Source: Pseudomonas aeruginosa (lineage in GTDB: Bacteria > Pseudomonadota > Gammaproteobacteria > Pseudomonadales > Pseudomonadaceae). From it: a stretch of 32,000 bases of DNA. Positions 1 through 12,981 of this stretch are shown here, piece by piece; within the stretch, counting starts at the first letter, position 1; each line of letters begins with the position of its first letter. The notes under the pieces were generated by a model, which saw only the letters and a program-made list of their open reading frames with translations, was not told the origin of the DNA and did not search any database. Location: the NCBI RefSeq assembly GCF_001457615.1, contig NZ_LN831024.1:5010001-5042000 (forward strand), read 5' to 3'. A program made the position numbers and the translations under genes.

Positions 1-201
1 GTTGAAACGCAGGGTCGCCAGGCCGGCATCGCGGGCGCTGCGTTGCAGAGTGGCGACCACCTTGTTCTGCATGGTGCCGGCGAACAGCGGGTGCGGATGG
101 CAGACCAGGGCGATGCCGCGGGCATCGGGCAGATCGAGGTGCAGGGCTTCCAGCGGCCCGCAGGGGCCATCGATGGATACAGGGATTTCGCGGGTAGACA
201 A
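1..201 (-). CDS. Partial alpha/beta-hydrolase-like protein (N-terminal end, runs off window start)
   Basis: Minus-strand frame open from a TTG at 201 reads LSTREIPVSIDGPCGPLEALHLDLPDARGIALVCHPHPLFAGTMQNKVVATLQRSARDAGLATLRFN. The HPHPLFAGTMQNKVV segment is typical of this small hydrolase family. GGAG lies about 7 nt upstream of the TTG. It is missing from the supplied ORF track because it lacks an in-window ATG. Confidence 0.7.
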   Translation of the reverse strand, partial: MSTREIPVSIDGPCGPLEALHLDLPDARGIALVCHPHPLFAGTMQNKVVATLQRSARDAGLATLRFN

Positions 202-345
202 ACAGGAACTCCGTGACCCCGGCTCGGGTCGACTCGTCTAGCAGATTACTCCAAGCGACACAGGCACTTACTCGCGTGCCGTGGTATACAGCTCGGACTC
301 AAGCCGTTAACGTAAAGCAAAGCCGCCTATAGAGGAAGGATTCGC

Positions 346-792
346 GTGGAACAGTCGCTCACCGCCTGGCTGCTGCCGGCCCTCGCCCTGGTCGCCGGGG
401 TCGCCATCGGTTTTCTGATCGCCCGCCTGCTGCCCAACGCCGCGCCGAACAAGGTGCAACGCCAGATGGACGACCTGCAGGACCGCTTCGACAGCTATCA
501 GCGCGAAGTCGTGACCCATTTCAACACCACCGCCAGCCTCGTGAAGAAGCTGACCCAGAGCTACCAGGACGTGCAGGAGCACCTCTCCGACGGCGCCCAG
601 CGCCTGGCCCTGGACGAACAGACCCGCCAGCGCCTGCTGGCTGCGCTGCATGCCGACGAGGCCTATCCGGCCGAGCGCCGCGAGCGCCTGACTCCGCCGG
701 CCTCCGGCGAAGTGCCGAAGGACTATGCGCCGAAAAGCCCGGACAGCCCCGGCACCCTCGACGCCACCTACGGCCTGAAAGGCAAGTACTGA
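346..792 (+). CDS. zapG: DUF1043 / YhcB (ZapG)-like inner membrane protein
   Basis: GTG start preceded by GAGGAAGGA. 148 aa with an N-terminal TM helix (WLLPALALVAGVAIGFLIARLL) then a coiled-coil-like region (QRQMDDLQDRFDSYQREVVTHFNTTASLVKKLTQSYQDVQEHLSDGAQRL), characteristic of YhcB. Confidence 0.85.
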   Translation: MEQSLTAWLLPALALVAGVAIGFLIARLLPNAAPNKVQRQMDDLQDRFDSYQREVVTHFNTTASLVKKLTQSYQDVQEHLSDGAQRLALDEQTRQRLLAALHADEAYPAERRERLTPPASGEVPKDYAPKSPDSPGTLDATYGLKGKY

Positions 793-818
793 CGCGCTGC
801 GCGAACCTGCCGACGCCC

Positions 819-852
819 ATGAAAAAGCCCCGCATCCGCGGGGCTTTTTCAT
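819..852. terminator. Bidirectional intrinsic terminator between convergent zapG-like gene and cysNC
   Basis: Perfect 15-bp inverted repeat ATGAAAAAGCCCCGC-ATCC-GCGGGGCTTTTTCAT, with A/T tracts for both strands. Confidence 0.9.
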
Positions 853-865
853 GGCTGCGAGACGA

Positions 866-2767
866 TCAGATCGCCTGGCGCTCGCGCAACAGGTCGAGCA
901 CCTGCTTCACGCCGTCCTCGACGCTCAGCGCCTGGGTATCGATCACCAGGTCGGCATCCAGCGGCACGTCGTAGGGGAAGGACTCGCCGGGGATATTGTC
1001 CTCGCCCGCCGCATACAGCCCCTGTGGATCGCGTTCGCGGCAAACCTGCGGCGACGCCTGCACATAGACGGTGATCAGGCGCTCGGCGCCGATCAGCGCC
1101 CTGGCCTGCTCGCGCCCTTCCGCGCTCGGCGCGACGAAGGCGCAGAGGCTGATCAACCCGGCCTCGTTGAACTGCTTGGCGACATGGGCGGTGCGCAGCC
1201 AGTTCTCGGTGCGTCCGGCGCGGTCCTGCGGCAACCCCTTGTTCAGGTCGTGGCGCAGGTTCTGCCCGTCCAGCACGTAGACCGCGCGGCCCATATCGAA
1301 CAGCTTGCGCTCCACGGCGTAGGCCAGGGTGCTCTTGCCGGCGCCGGAGAGGCCGCTGAACAGTACGGTCGCCGGCTGCTGGCCGAAGCGGCCGGCACGC
1401 TCCTCGCGCGTCACATGGGCATTCGAACCGTGATGAGCGCTGCTGCCATGGGCCGCCGACGGAGCGGAGATGATCATGCCGGCGCCAACGGTGCCGTTGG
1501 TCAGGCGATCGATGACGATGAAGGCGCCGGTGGTGCGGTTCTGCTCATAGCCATCGAGCGCGATGGGCGCGTCCAGGCTGACCTTGACCCTGGCGATCTC
1601 GTTCAGCTTCAGCTCGCTGCCCGGGGTCCGCTCCAGGGTATTCACGTCCACCTTGTGGACGATGCTCGGAATCGAACCCGGCACATAGCTGGTAGCGCGC
1701 TTGATATCGTACTTCTTGCCCGGAAGCATCGGCTCCTCGGCCATCCACACCAGCATGGCATCGAAGCCGTCGGTGACCAGCGGGCGATTGTCGGCATGCA
1801 CCAGCATGTCGCCGCGGGAAACGTCGATCTCGTCTTCCAGGGTCAGGGTGACGGCCTGGCCGGGACCGGCCTGCTCCAGTTCGCCCTCGAAGGTGACGAT
1901 GGATTTCACCTTGCTGCCCTTGCCCGACGGCAATGCCACCACTTCGTCGCCCTTGCGCACCACGCCGCTGGCCAGGGTGCCGGCGAAACCGCGGAAGTTC
2001 AGGTTCGGCCGGTTCACGTACTGCACCGGGAAGCGCATGTCATCGAGGTTGCGGTCGGCGGCGATCTCGACGGTTTCGAGGATTTCCATCAGCGACTGGC
2101 CGGCGTACCAGGGCGAACGCTCGGACTTGTTGACCACGTTGTCGCCCTTGAGCGCCGACATCGGCACGAAGTGCAGCGAACTGGTCTTCAGACCGATCTT
2201 CTCGGCAAAGGCCAGGTAGTCGGCCTTGATCTGTTCGAAGACACCCTGGTCGAAGCCCTTCAGGTCCATCTTGTTGATGGCGACCACGATATGCCGGATA
2301 CCCAGCAGGGACGCGATGAAACTGTGCCGGCGGGTCTGGGTCTGCACACCGTAGCGGGCATCGATCAGGATGATCGCCAGGTCGCAGGTCGAGGCACCGG
2401 TAGCCATGTTGCGGGTGTACTGCTCATGGCCGGGCGTGTCGGCGATGATGAACTTGCGCTTGGCGGTGCTGAAGTAGCGGTACGCCACATCGATAGTGAT
2501 GCCCTGCTCGCGCTCGGCCTGCAGGCCATCGACCAGCAGCGCCAGGTCGACGTCGTCGCCCGTGGTGCCGACTTTCTTCGAGTCGCGGGTGATGGCCTCC
2601 AGGTGATCCTCGTAGATCATCTTGGAGTCGTGCAGCAGGCGCCCGATCAGGGTGCTCTTGCCGTCATCGACGTTGCCGCAGGTAAGGAAGCGCAGCAGTT
2701 CCTTGCGTTCGTGCTGCCCCAGGTAGGCGAGGATGTCCTCGCTGATCAGATCGGATTGATGAGACAT
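866..2767 (-). CDS. cysNC: Bifunctional sulfate adenylyltransferase subunit 1 / adenylylsulfate kinase (CysN-CysC fusion)
   Basis: 633 aa. GTPase motifs [25 protein letters not shown] in the CysN part; second P-loop GLSGAGKST and APS-kinase features in the C-terminal ~190 aa. Confidence 0.97.
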   Translation of the reverse strand: MSHQSDLISEDILAYLGQHERKELLRFLTCGNVDDGKSTLIGRLLHDSKMIYEDHLEAITRDSKKVGTTGDDVDLALLVDGLQAEREQGITIDVAYRYFSTAKRKFIIADTPGHEQYTRNMATGASTCDLAIILIDARYGVQTQTRRHSFIASLLGIRHIVVAINKMDLKGFDQGVFEQIKADYLAFAEKIGLKTSSLHFVPMSALKGDNVVNKSERSPWYAGQSLMEILETVEIAADRNLDDMRFPVQYVNRPNLNFRGFAGTLASGVVRKGDEVVALPSGKGSKVKSIVTFEGELEQAGPGQAVTLTLEDEIDVSRGDMLVHADNRPLVTDGFDAMLVWMAEEPMLPGKKYDIKRATSYVPGSIPSIVHKVDVNTLERTPGSELKLNEIARVKVSLDAPIALDGYEQNRTTGAFIVIDRLTNGTVGAGMIISAPSAAHGSSAHHGSNAHVTREERAGRFGQQPATVLFSGLSGAGKSTLAYAVERKLFDMGRAVYVLDGQNLRHDLNKGLPQDRAGRTENWLRTAHVAKQFNEAGLISLCAFVAPSAEGREQARALIGAERLITVYVQASPQVCRERDPQGLYAAGEDNIPGESFPYDVPLDADLVIDTQALSVEDGVKQVLDLLRERQAI

Positions 2768-2778
2768 GCTGCGTATCC

Positions 2779-3696
2779 TCAGAAATAGCCCTGACGTTTC
2801 TTTTCTTCCATCGAACCGGCCTGGTCATGGTCGATGACCCGACCCTGGCGTTCGGAAGTACGCGTCAGGAGCATTTCCTGGATGATTTCCGGCAGCGTGG
2901 TGGCGCTGGACTCGACCGCGCCGGTGAGCGGGTAGCAGCCGAGGGTACGGAAGCGCACCATGCGCTTCTCGATGCGGGCTTTCTCTTCGTCAGAGAGATG
3001 CTCGAGGATGCGCTCGTCGTCGATCATGATCAGCGTGCCGTTCTTCTCGATAACCTCGCGCTCGGCGGCGAAGTACAGCGGGACGATCGGGATGCCTTCC
3101 AGGTAGATGTATTGCCAGATGTCCAGCTCGGTCCAGTTGGACAGCGGGAAGACGCGGATCGACTCGCCCTTCTTCACCTTGCCGTTGTAGATGTTCCACA
3201 ACTCGGGACGCTGGTTCTTCGGGTCCCAGCGGTGCTTGCTGTCGCGGAACGAATAGACCCGTTCCTTGGCCCGCGACTTCTCCTCGTCGCGGCGCGCGCC
3301 GCCGAATGCAGCGTCGAAACCGTACTTGTCCAGGGCCTGCTTGAGTCCCTCGGTCTTCATCACGTCGGTGTGCTTGGCGCTGCCGTGGGTGAACGGGTTG
3401 ATGCCCTGGGCGACGCCGTCCGGGTTGACGTGGGTGATCAGGTCCAGGCCGATTTCCTCGACCATCCGATCGCGGAACCTGTACATCTCCTGGAATTTCC
3501 AGCGGGTGTCCACGTGCATCACCGGGAAGGGCAGCTTGCCGGGGAAGAAGGCCTTGCGGGCCAAGTGCAGCATGACCGCGGAATCCTTGCCGATCGAGTA
3601 CAGCATCACCGGGTTATCGAACTCGGCGGCCACCTCGCGGATGATGTGGATGCTTTCCGCCTCCAGCTGTTTCAGGTGCGTCAGTTTGTCGACCAT
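2779..3696 (-). CDS. cysD: Sulfate adenylyltransferase subunit 2
   Basis: 305 aa, [52 protein letters not shown]-loop SIGKDS motif; directly upstream of cysNC. Confidence 0.97.
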   Translation of the reverse strand: MVDKLTHLKQLEAESIHIIREVAAEFDNPVMLYSIGKDSAVMLHLARKAFFPGKLPFPVMHVDTRWKFQEMYRFRDRMVEEIGLDLITHVNPDGVAQGINPFTHGSAKHTDVMKTEGLKQALDKYGFDAAFGGARRDEEKSRAKERVYSFRDSKHRWDPKNQRPELWNIYNGKVKKGESIRVFPLSNWTELDIWQYIYLEGIPIVPLYFAAEREVIEKNGTLIMIDDERILEHLSDEEKARIEKRMVRFRTLGCYPLTGAVESSATTLPEIIQEMLLTRTSERQGRVIDHDQAGSMEEKKRQGYF

Positions 3697-4039
3697 GGCT
3701 ACTCACGGAATTGCTTATGGACGGCCGTCGGGCCGTAGACGAACGCGCACTCTATCACAGCGCAAGGCTCTAAAAGATTCGCCATTTATACCGAAAAAAT
3801 ATACCCATATAGCCATCAGCGCTCAGCCTCGCAGCCGGCGAAAACACTGGCGTCGAGAGGTTTTCCAGGGGCGTTTCGCAGACCGGGCGGACAAAGCTGA
3901 GACGGCATCGTCCCGGACCGGACAAAGCCGTCGCCGCGACAGCGAGCAGACGGTCCGCCCCCTTTCGGCGGCTCGACTTGTACGCCGGCGGCACTGCGCT
4001 AGCATAGCGGGCATCGTCATTCCGCCAAGAAGCCCCCAG

Positions 4040-5143
4040 ATGCGCCGTACCGCCCTCGCCCTGCCCCTGTTCCTTCTGGTCTCAGCATGCAGCAGCGAAC
4101 CGACGCCACCACCGAAACCCGCCGCCAAACCCCAGGCTCGCACCGTCATTTCACCCCGCCCCGTACGCCAGTCGGTGCAACCGATACTGCCGCTGCGCGG
4201 CGATTACGCGAACAATCCGGCGGCACAGCGCTTCATCGACAGGATGGTCAGCCAGCACGGCTTCAACCGCCAGCAACTGCACGACCTGTTCGCCCAGACC
4301 CAGCGCCTGGACTGGGTGATCCGCCTGATGGACCGGCAAGCCCCGACCTATACCCCACCCAGCGGACCGAACGGCGCCTGGCTGCGCTACCGGAAGAAGT
4401 TCGTCACGCCAGGCAACGTACAGAACGGCGTGCTGTTCTGGGACCAATACGAAACCGACCTGCAACGGGCATCGCGCGTCTACGGCGTGCCGCCGGAGAT
4501 CATCGTCGGCATCATCGGCGTGGAAACCCGCTGGGGGCGTGTGATGGGCAAGACGCGGATCATCGATGCGCTGTCCACCCTGTCCTTCTCCTACCCTCGC
4601 CGCGCGGAATTCTTCAGCGGCGAACTGGAGCAATTCCTCCTCCAGGCGCGCAAGGAAGGCACCGACCCGCTGGCCCTGCGCGGTTCCTATGCCGGCGCCA
4701 TGGGCTACGGCCAGTTCATGCCGTCTTCATTCACCAAGTACGCGGTGGACTTCGATGGCGATGGGCATATCGACCTGTGGAATCCGCGTGACGCCATCGG
4801 CAGCGTCGCCAACTATTTCAAGCAGCACGGCTGGGTCAGCGGCGATCGCGTGGCGGTTCCCGCCAGTGGCCGGGCTCCCTCGCTGGAAGATGGCTTCAAG
4901 ACGCTGTACCCGCTGGACGTGCTCGCTTCCGCCGGATTACGCCCGCGGGGTCCGCTCGGCGGCCACCGGCAAGCCAGCCTGCTGCGCCTGGACATGGGCA
5001 GGAACTACCAGTACTGGTACGGCCTGCCGAACTTCTACGTGATCACCCGCTACAACCACAGCACCCACTACGCGATGGCCGTCTGGGAACTGGGCAAGGA
5101 AGTCGACCGGGTGCGTCACCGCTCCGTCGTCAGGCAGGATTAG
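4040..5143 (+). CDS. mltB: Lytic murein transglycosylase B (lipoprotein)
   Basis: ATG at 4040 inside the longer tracked ORF 3266..5143; 367 aa. Starts MRRTALALPLFLLVSACSS (lipobox). Contains GVETRWGRVMGKTRIIDALSTLSFSYPRRAEFFSGELEQFL and GSYAGAMGYGQFMPSSFTKYAVDFDGDGHIDLW of the MltB family. Confidence 0.95.
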   Translation: MRRTALALPLFLLVSACSSEPTPPPKPAAKPQARTVISPRPVRQSVQPILPLRGDYANNPAAQRFIDRMVSQHGFNRQQLHDLFAQTQRLDWVIRLMDRQAPTYTPPSGPNGAWLRYRKKFVTPGNVQNGVLFWDQYETDLQRASRVYGVPPEIIVGIIGVETRWGRVMGKTRIIDALSTLSFSYPRRAEFFSGELEQFLLQARKEGTDPLALRGSYAGAMGYGQFMPSSFTKYAVDFDGDGHIDLWNPRDAIGSVANYFKQHGWVSGDRVAVPASGRAPSLEDGFKTLYPLDVLASAGLRPRGPLGGHRQASLLRLDMGRNYQYWYGLPNFYVITRYNHSTHYAMAVWELGKEVDRVRHRSVVRQD

Positions 5144-5888
5144 GACAGTCGATGAACAAGTGCTCGATGGCGAAGCGCTTGCCCAGGTAGTCGCCCAACG
5201 CCTGTACCCCGTAGCGCTCGGTGGCATGGTGTCCGGCGGCGATGAAGCTGATGCCGTTCTCCCGCGCGCTGTGCACGGTCTGCTCGGAAACCTCGCCGGT
5301 CAGGTAGGCATCGACGCCAGCGGCGATCGCCTGGTCGATATAGCCCTGGGCGCCGCCGGTGCACCAGGCGATGCGCCGGATCGGCTGACCGGCATCGACC
5401 AGCAGCGGCTCACGCCCCAGCGCATCGCGCACATGCCGAGCGAAATCGGCAGGCTGCATCGGCTCGGCAAGCGAACCGAGGAGGACGATGGAACGCGGGT
5501 TGCCCGGCTCCAACGGCCCTTCCACTTCGAAGCCGAGCTGCCGGGCGAGCTGCACGTTGTTGCCCACCTCCGGATGCAGATCCAGCGGCAGGTGGTAAGC
5601 GAGCAGACTGATATCGTTGTTCAGCAGGGTCTTCAGGCGCCGTTGCTTCATGCCGACCACGCAGGGGTTCTCACCCTTCCAGAAGTAACCGTGATGCACC
5701 AGCACCACGTCGGCGTCGGCCTCCACGGCGGCATCCAGCAGCGCCTGGCTGGCAGTGACCCCGCTGACGATCCGCCGCACCTGCGGCCGGCCTTCGACCT
5801 GCAGGCCGTTCGGGCAGTAGTCCTGGATGCGCGCGGCATCCAGATAACGGTCGGCCTCTTCGACCAGGGTGCTCAGGGCGATAGCCAT
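5130..5888 (-). CDS. Nif3 / YbgI-family dinuclear metal-binding protein (GTP cyclohydrolase I type 2-like)
   Basis: 252 aa. DYCPNGLQVEGRP, VLVHHGYFWKGE, YLTGEVSEQTVHSARENGISFIAAGHHATERYGVQALG. Family is clear, biochemical role is not. Confidence 0.93.
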   Translation of the reverse strand: MAIALSTLVEEADRYLDAARIQDYCPNGLQVEGRPQVRRIVSGVTASQALLDAAVEADADVVLVHHGYFWKGENPCVVGMKQRRLKTLLNNDISLLAYHLPLDLHPEVGNNVQLARQLGFEVEGPLEPGNPRSIVLLGSLAEPMQPADFARHVRDALGREPLLVDAGQPIRRIAWCTGGAQGYIDQAIAAGVDAYLTGEVSEQTVHSARENGISFIAAGHHATERYGVQALGDYLGKRFAIEHLFIDCPNPA

Positions 5889-5945
5889 GCAAATTCCTCT
5901 TCATTCAGGCAGGGCGCGCCGCTCCTCTAATGGACGGCTTCCCCC

Positions 5946-5951
5946 TATAAT
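5946..5951 (+). promoter_or_regulatory. Candidate -10 element (TATAAT) upstream of algW
   Basis: Exact TATAAT about 54 nt upstream of the algW ATG. No good -35 at 17 nt spacing, so weak support. Confidence 0.35.
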
Positions 5952-6004
5952 GGGCGCCACCTTATCGGCCGCTTTTCGGCCTCGCAACCCCAAGGATTTT
6001 CCCG

Positions 6005-7174
<1,170 letters not shown>

Positions 7175-7185
7175 TCCCCGTCATT

Positions 7186-7213
7186 GAAAACGGCGCCCTC
7201 GGGCGCCGTTTTC
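7186..7213. terminator. Bidirectional intrinsic terminator between convergent algW and hisC
   Basis: GAAAACGGCGCCC-TC-GGGCGCCGTTTTC, perfect dyad with flanking A/T tracts. Confidence 0.88.
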
Positions 7214-7216
7214 GTA

Positions 7217-8272
7217 TCACTTGAGGAAGTGCAGGGCGTCCAGTAGCGCCTGGTTCTGCTCCGGACTGCCGATGGTGATACGCAGGAACTGGTCGATCCG
7301 CGCCTGCTTGAAATGGCGGACGATCACTCCCTGCTCGCGCAGGGTCGAGGCAATCTGCCCGGCATCGTGCCGCGGATGACGGGCGAAGACGAAGTTGGCG
7401 GCCGACGGTAGTACCTCGAAGCCCAGCGCCTGCAAAGAGGCGCTCAACGCCTCGCGGCTATCGATCACTGCCTGGCAGGTCCGACGGAAATAGGCGTCGT
7501 CCTCGAAAGCCGCCGCCGCGCCGGCGATCGCCAGGCGATCCAGCGGGTAGGAATTGAAGCTGTTCTTGATCCGCTCCAGCGCCTCGACCAGATCGGCATG
7601 GCCGACCGCCAGGCCGACCCGCAGGCCGGCCAGGGAGCGCGACTTGGACAGCGTCTGGGTGACCAGCAGGTTCGGGTAGCGATCGACCAGGGCGATGGCG
7701 CTCTCGCCGCCGAAGTCGACATAGGCCTCGTCGACTACCACCACCGAATCCGGCGACGACTTCAGCATCGCTTCGATGGCGTCCAGCGGCAGCAGGCAGC
7801 CGGTCGGCGCGTTCGGATTGGGGAAGATGATTCCGCCGTTGGGCCGCGCGTAGTCTTCGACGCGGATGCGGAACCTTTCATCCAGCGCGATCTTCTCGTG
7901 CGCGATCCCGTACAGGCCGCAATAGACCGGGTAGAAGCTGTAGGTCACGTCCGGAAACAGCAGCGGCAGGTCGTGTTGGAAGAGGCCATGGAAAATGTGC
8001 GCGAGCACCTCGTCGGAGCCGTTGCCGACGAACACCTGGTTGGCCTGTACGCCGTAGTGCGCGGCGACCGCCTGCTTCAACCGCTCGCCGTTGGGATCGG
8101 GATACAGGCGCAGGTCGTCGTTGAGTTCCGCCTGCATCGCGGCGAGCGCCTGTGGCGACGGACCGTAGGGATTCTCGTTGGTGTTCAGCTTGACCAGCCG
8201 CGACAGCTTCGGCTGCTCGCCCGGCACATAAGGCACCAGGTCCTTGACGAAGGGACTCCAGAATTTGCTCAT
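7217..8272 (-). CDS. hisC: Histidinol-phosphate aminotransferase
   Basis: 351 aa. [51 protein letters not shown] (PLP lysine region). Confidence 0.96.
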   Translation of the reverse strand: MSKFWSPFVKDLVPYVPGEQPKLSRLVKLNTNENPYGPSPQALAAMQAELNDDLRLYPDPNGERLKQAVAAHYGVQANQVFVGNGSDEVLAHIFHGLFQHDLPLLFPDVTYSFYPVYCGLYGIAHEKIALDERFRIRVEDYARPNGGIIFPNPNAPTGCLLPLDAIEAMLKSSPDSVVVVDEAYVDFGGESAIALVDRYPNLLVTQTLSKSRSLAGLRVGLAVGHADLVEALERIKNSFNSYPLDRLAIAGAAAAFEDDAYFRRTCQAVIDSREALSASLQALGFEVLPSAANFVFARHPRHDAGQIASTLREQGVIVRHFKQARIDQFLRITIGSPEQNQALLDALHFLK

Positions 8273-8274
8273 GC

Positions 8275-9597
8275 TCAGGCCTCCTTCTCGTCGAGGATGC
8301 GGTATTCGGCACTACGCGCGTGGGCGGTCAACGACTCGCCGCGAGCCAGCACCGAGGCGGTACGACCGAGGACCGAAGCGCCCTCGGCCGAGCAGTTGAT
8401 GATCGACGAACGCTTCTGGAAGTCATATACCCCCAGCGGCGAAGAGAAACGCGCGGTACCGGAGGTCGGCAGCACGTGGTTCGGGCCGGCGCAATAGTCG
8501 CCCAGGGCCTCGGCAGTGTAGCGGCCCATGAAGATCGCGCCGGCATGGCGGATCTCCGGCAGCCAGCTTTCCGGATCGGCCACCGACAGCTCCAGGTGTT
8601 CCGGGGCGATGCGGTTGGCGACCGCACAGGCCTGGGCCTGGTCGGCGACCTGGATCAGCGCGCCGCGCCCCTCCAGGGAGGTGCGGATGATCTCGGCGCG
8701 CTCCATGGTCGGCAGCAGGCGAGCAATGCTGTCCGCGACGCGGTCCAGGAACGCCGCGTCCGGACTGACCAGGATCGACTGGGCGTCTTCGTCGTGTTCG
8801 GCCTGGGAGAACAGGTCCATGGCGATCCAGTCGGGATCGGTCTGGCCGTCGCAGACCACGAGGATTTCCGAGGGACCGGCGATCATGTCGATGCCGACCT
8901 GGCCGAACACGTGACGCTTGGCGGTGGCCACGTAGATGTTGCCGGGGCCGACGATCTTGTCCACCCGCGGCACGCTTTCGGTGCCGTAGGCCAACGCGGC
9001 CACGGCCTGTGCCCCGCCGATGGTGAAGACACGGTCGACGCCGGCGATGCAGGCGGCGGCGAGGACGATCTCGTTGATCTCGCCGCGCGGGGTCGGTACG
9101 ACCATGACCACTTCGGACACCCCGGCGACCTTGGCCGGGATCGCATTCATCAGCACCGAGGACGGGTAGGACGCCTTGCCGCCCGGCACATAGAGCCCGG
9201 CGCGGTCCAGCGGGGTGACCTGCTGGCCGAGCACCGTGCCGTCGGCCTCGGTGTAGCGCCAGGAACCCTGCTTCTGCTTCTCGTGGTAGCTGCGCACGCG
9301 CTCGGCGGCGACTTCCAGGGCTTCGCGCTGGGCTACGGTGATACGGGTGAGAGCCAGCTCCAGGCGCTCGCGCGGCAGGATCAGGTCGGCCATCGAGGCG
9401 GCCTGGAGACCGTCGAAGCGCTGGGTGAACTCGACCACGGCGGCGTCGCCACGGCTGCGTACGGCGGCGATGATGTCGAGGACGCGCTGGTTGACCGAAT
9501 CGTCGGAGACACTTTCCCAGCTCAGCAGATGATCCAGATGACGCCCGAAGTCCGGATCAGCGGCATTGAGTCGACGGATAGCGAAGGGAGCGGTCAT
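8275..9597 (-). CDS. hisD: Histidinol dehydrogenase
   Basis: 440 aa. [82 protein letters not shown]. Minus-strand SD-like GAGG upstream. Confidence 0.97.
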   Translation of the reverse strand: MTAPFAIRRLNAADPDFGRHLDHLLSWESVSDDSVNQRVLDIIAAVRSRGDAAVVEFTQRFDGLQAASMADLILPRERLELALTRITVAQREALEVAAERVRSYHEKQKQGSWRYTEADGTVLGQQVTPLDRAGLYVPGGKASYPSSVLMNAIPAKVAGVSEVVMVVPTPRGEINEIVLAAACIAGVDRVFTIGGAQAVAALAYGTESVPRVDKIVGPGNIYVATAKRHVFGQVGIDMIAGPSEILVVCDGQTDPDWIAMDLFSQAEHDEDAQSILVSPDAAFLDRVADSIARLLPTMERAEIIRTSLEGRGALIQVADQAQACAVANRIAPEHLELSVADPESWLPEIRHAGAIFMGRYTAEALGDYCAGPNHVLPTSGTARFSSPLGVYDFQKRSSIINCSAEGASVLGRTASVLARGESLTAHARSAEYRILDEKEA

Positions 9598-9722
9598 AGC
9601 GAGCCTCTTTTATGGATGGCGTTGTCTCGGGCGCCGCTAGACTACCAAGCCCACCGTGCGGGCACCCGAGAAAATTTGGCTATGACACGGATAGGCAGGT
9701 GCAGCGCGGAGCCGCACGGGTA

Positions 9723-10358
9723 TCAGTGACGGTGTCGCGCCTCGACGGCGTCGCGCAGGGTATCGATCAGCGACTGGATGCGACCGTGCTGCATCTTCAT
9801 CGAGGCCTTGTTGACCACCAGGCGCGAGCTGATCGTGGCGATCAGTTCCTGGGGCTCCAGGCCGTTGGCGCGCAGGGTATTGCCGGTATCCACGACGTCG
9901 ATGATCTTGTCGGCGAGACCGACCAGCGGCGCCAGCTCCATCGAGCCGTACAGCTTGATCACGTCGACCTGGCGGCCCTGCTCGGCGTAGTAGCGCTTGG
10001 CGACATTGACGAACTTGGTGGCCACCCGCAGGCGTCCCTTGGGTTCAGGCGCGCCAATGGCGCCGGCGGTCATCAGCTTGCAGTTGGCGATACGCAGGTC
10101 CAGCGGTTCGTAGAGTCCCTGGCCGCCGTACTCCATCAGCACGTCCTTGCCGGCCACGCCGAGATCGGCGGCGCCATGCTCGACATAGGTCGGCACGTCG
10201 GTGGCGCGCACGATGAGCAGGCGCACATCGGACAGGGACGTCGGGATGATCAGCTTGCGGCTCTTGTCCGGGTTCTCCGACGGTACGATGCCCGCCGCTG
10301 CGAGCAGCGGCAGGGTATCGTCGAGAATCCGGCCCTTGGACAAGGCGATGGTCAGCAT
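9723..10358 (-). CDS. hisG: ATP phosphoribosyltransferase, short form
   Basis: 211 aa from ATG at 10358 ([24 protein letters not shown]). [14 protein letters not shown] and [12 protein letters not shown] motifs. The tracked ORF 9723..11294 only extends upstream over murA. Confidence 0.95.
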
Positions 10359-10375
10359 TTGCGCGACAGCCTCCG

Positions 10376-11901
<1,526 letters not shown>

Positions 11902-11947
11902 GCTCAACCTCAATCGGGCGCCCTACGCGCACGGTCGGCCATCATAC

Positions 11948-11998
11948 AAAAAAGCCCTCCGCCTGCGAACCCCAGGAAGGGACGCGCAGACGGAGGGC
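11948..11998 (-). terminator. Intrinsic terminator for the mla transcript (minus strand)
   Basis: GCCCTCCGCCTGCG (11954..) pairs with CGCAGACGGAGGGC (..11998). Minus-strand RNA has the GTCTGCG/CGCAGGC stem followed by TTTTTT (11948-11953). Confidence 0.8.
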
Positions 11999-12017
11999 CG
12001 CTCGTTCCGCCGGCCGG

Positions 12018-12326
12018 TCATTCCTGCAAAGGCAGGATCTCCAGAAGGCTGCTGACCTTGGCAATCTCCCGCATGTCGTCCGGCAACGCCCTGACGCTCA
12101 GGACCTTGCCGGCCTTGCGTGCGTCGCGCATGAAGGCCAGCAACAGGGAAATGCCCACGCTGCTGGAGCGCTCCACCGCCGAGCAGTCGACGACCAGTTC
12201 CGCCGCCTGGCTGGCGCGAATCAGCCGACCGCCCTGCTCGCGCAACGCCGGCCCGCTGCTGTAGTCGAGCACGCCGGCGAGCTGCAGTTCGCCGGCCGCG
12301 CCTTCGCGCAGGCTGGCCTGGCTCAT
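12018..12326 (-). CDS. mlaB: STAS-domain protein of the Mla phospholipid transport system
   Basis: 102 aa. ELVVDCSAVERSSSVGISLLLAFMRDARKAGKVL STAS signature, located at the 3' end of the mlaFEDC cluster. Confidence 0.9.
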   Translation of the reverse strand: MSQASLREGAAGELQLAGVLDYSSGPALREQGGRLIRASQAAELVVDCSAVERSSSVGISLLLAFMRDARKAGKVLSVRALPDDMREIAKVSSLLEILPLQE

Positions 12327-12970
12327 TTCGCCCCGGCCTCTTCCGCTTTCGCGGTTTCCTTGGCCTTGGCGACCACCTCGCCCCAGCCGGCGATGGTCTT
12401 CTCGAGGTCGTTGCGGTTCTTCTGCATGGTGTCGGCGAACTGGTCGCGGAACAGCTTGCCGATGTTGATGCCGTTGATGATCACGTTGCGGACCTTCCAG
12501 CCACCGGCCAGGTTGGTCATGGTGTAGGAGACCGGATAGACCGTGCCCTTGCTGTCACGGATCTCCATGTTGACGCTGGCGCGATCGTCGCTCGGCTTGG
12601 CCGAACTAGGCAGCACGCGGATGTCCTGGTTGTCGTATTCGAGCAGCGCGTTGCCGTAGAACTGCATCAGGCTGTTCTTGAACACTTCCTCGAAGCGCTT
12701 GATTTGCTCGGGTGAGGCCTGGCGCGAGTACTTGACGGTCATCACACTCTTGGCGATGCCTTCGGCATCGACCACCGGCCCAAGGATACGGTCGAGAGTG
12801 GCGTAGAGCTTTTGCGGATCGGCCTTGTAGGCGGCCTTGTTGGCCTTGATGTCGGAAAGCAGTTCGTCGACCGTGCCCTGCACCACCTGTTGCGGGGTCG
12901 GCGCCGCCATGGAAAGCAGCGGGAAAGCCGCCAGGAACACCAGCAGGCCGCGACGCAGAAGAGTCAGCAT
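12323..12970 (-). CDS. mlaC: Periplasmic phospholipid-binding protein MlaC
   Basis: 215 aa from ATG 12970 (MLTLLRRGLLVFLAAFPLLSMA signal peptide), GAGG about 9 nt upstream; the tracked start at 12985 is a GTG. Contains VKYSRQASPEQIKRFEEVFKNSLMQFYGNAL. Confidence 0.93.
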   Translation of the reverse strand: MLTLLRRGLLVFLAAFPLLSMAAPTPQQVVQGTVDELLSDIKANKAAYKADPQKLYATLDRILGPVVDAEGIAKSVMTVKYSRQASPEQIKRFEEVFKNSLMQFYGNALLEYDNQDIRVLPSSAKPSDDRASVNMEIRDSKGTVYPVSYTMTNLAGGWKVRNVIINGINIGKLFRDQFADTMQKNRNDLEKTIAGWGEVVAKAKETAKAEEAGAK

Positions 12971-12981
12971 GGAAGAAAACC

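Noticed and set aside
851-2788. 645-aa plus-strand ORF opposite cysNC
   Set aside because: Antisense shadow of a clear CysNC gene; composition rich in H/Q/A/V/G typical of high-GC reverse frames; no family motifs.
3266-5143. 625-aa reading of the mltB frame
   Set aside because: N-terminal extension is antisense to cysD and the divergent promoter region; the lipoprotein signal at 4040 marks the true start.
5967-5981. GGCCG-CTTTT-CGGCC dyad upstream of algW
   Set aside because: Only a 5-bp stem, and not followed by a T run; insufficient to call a terminator or attenuator.
8320-9729. 469-aa plus-strand ORF opposite hisD
   Set aside because: Antisense shadow of an intact conserved gene; low-complexity GC-driven protein.
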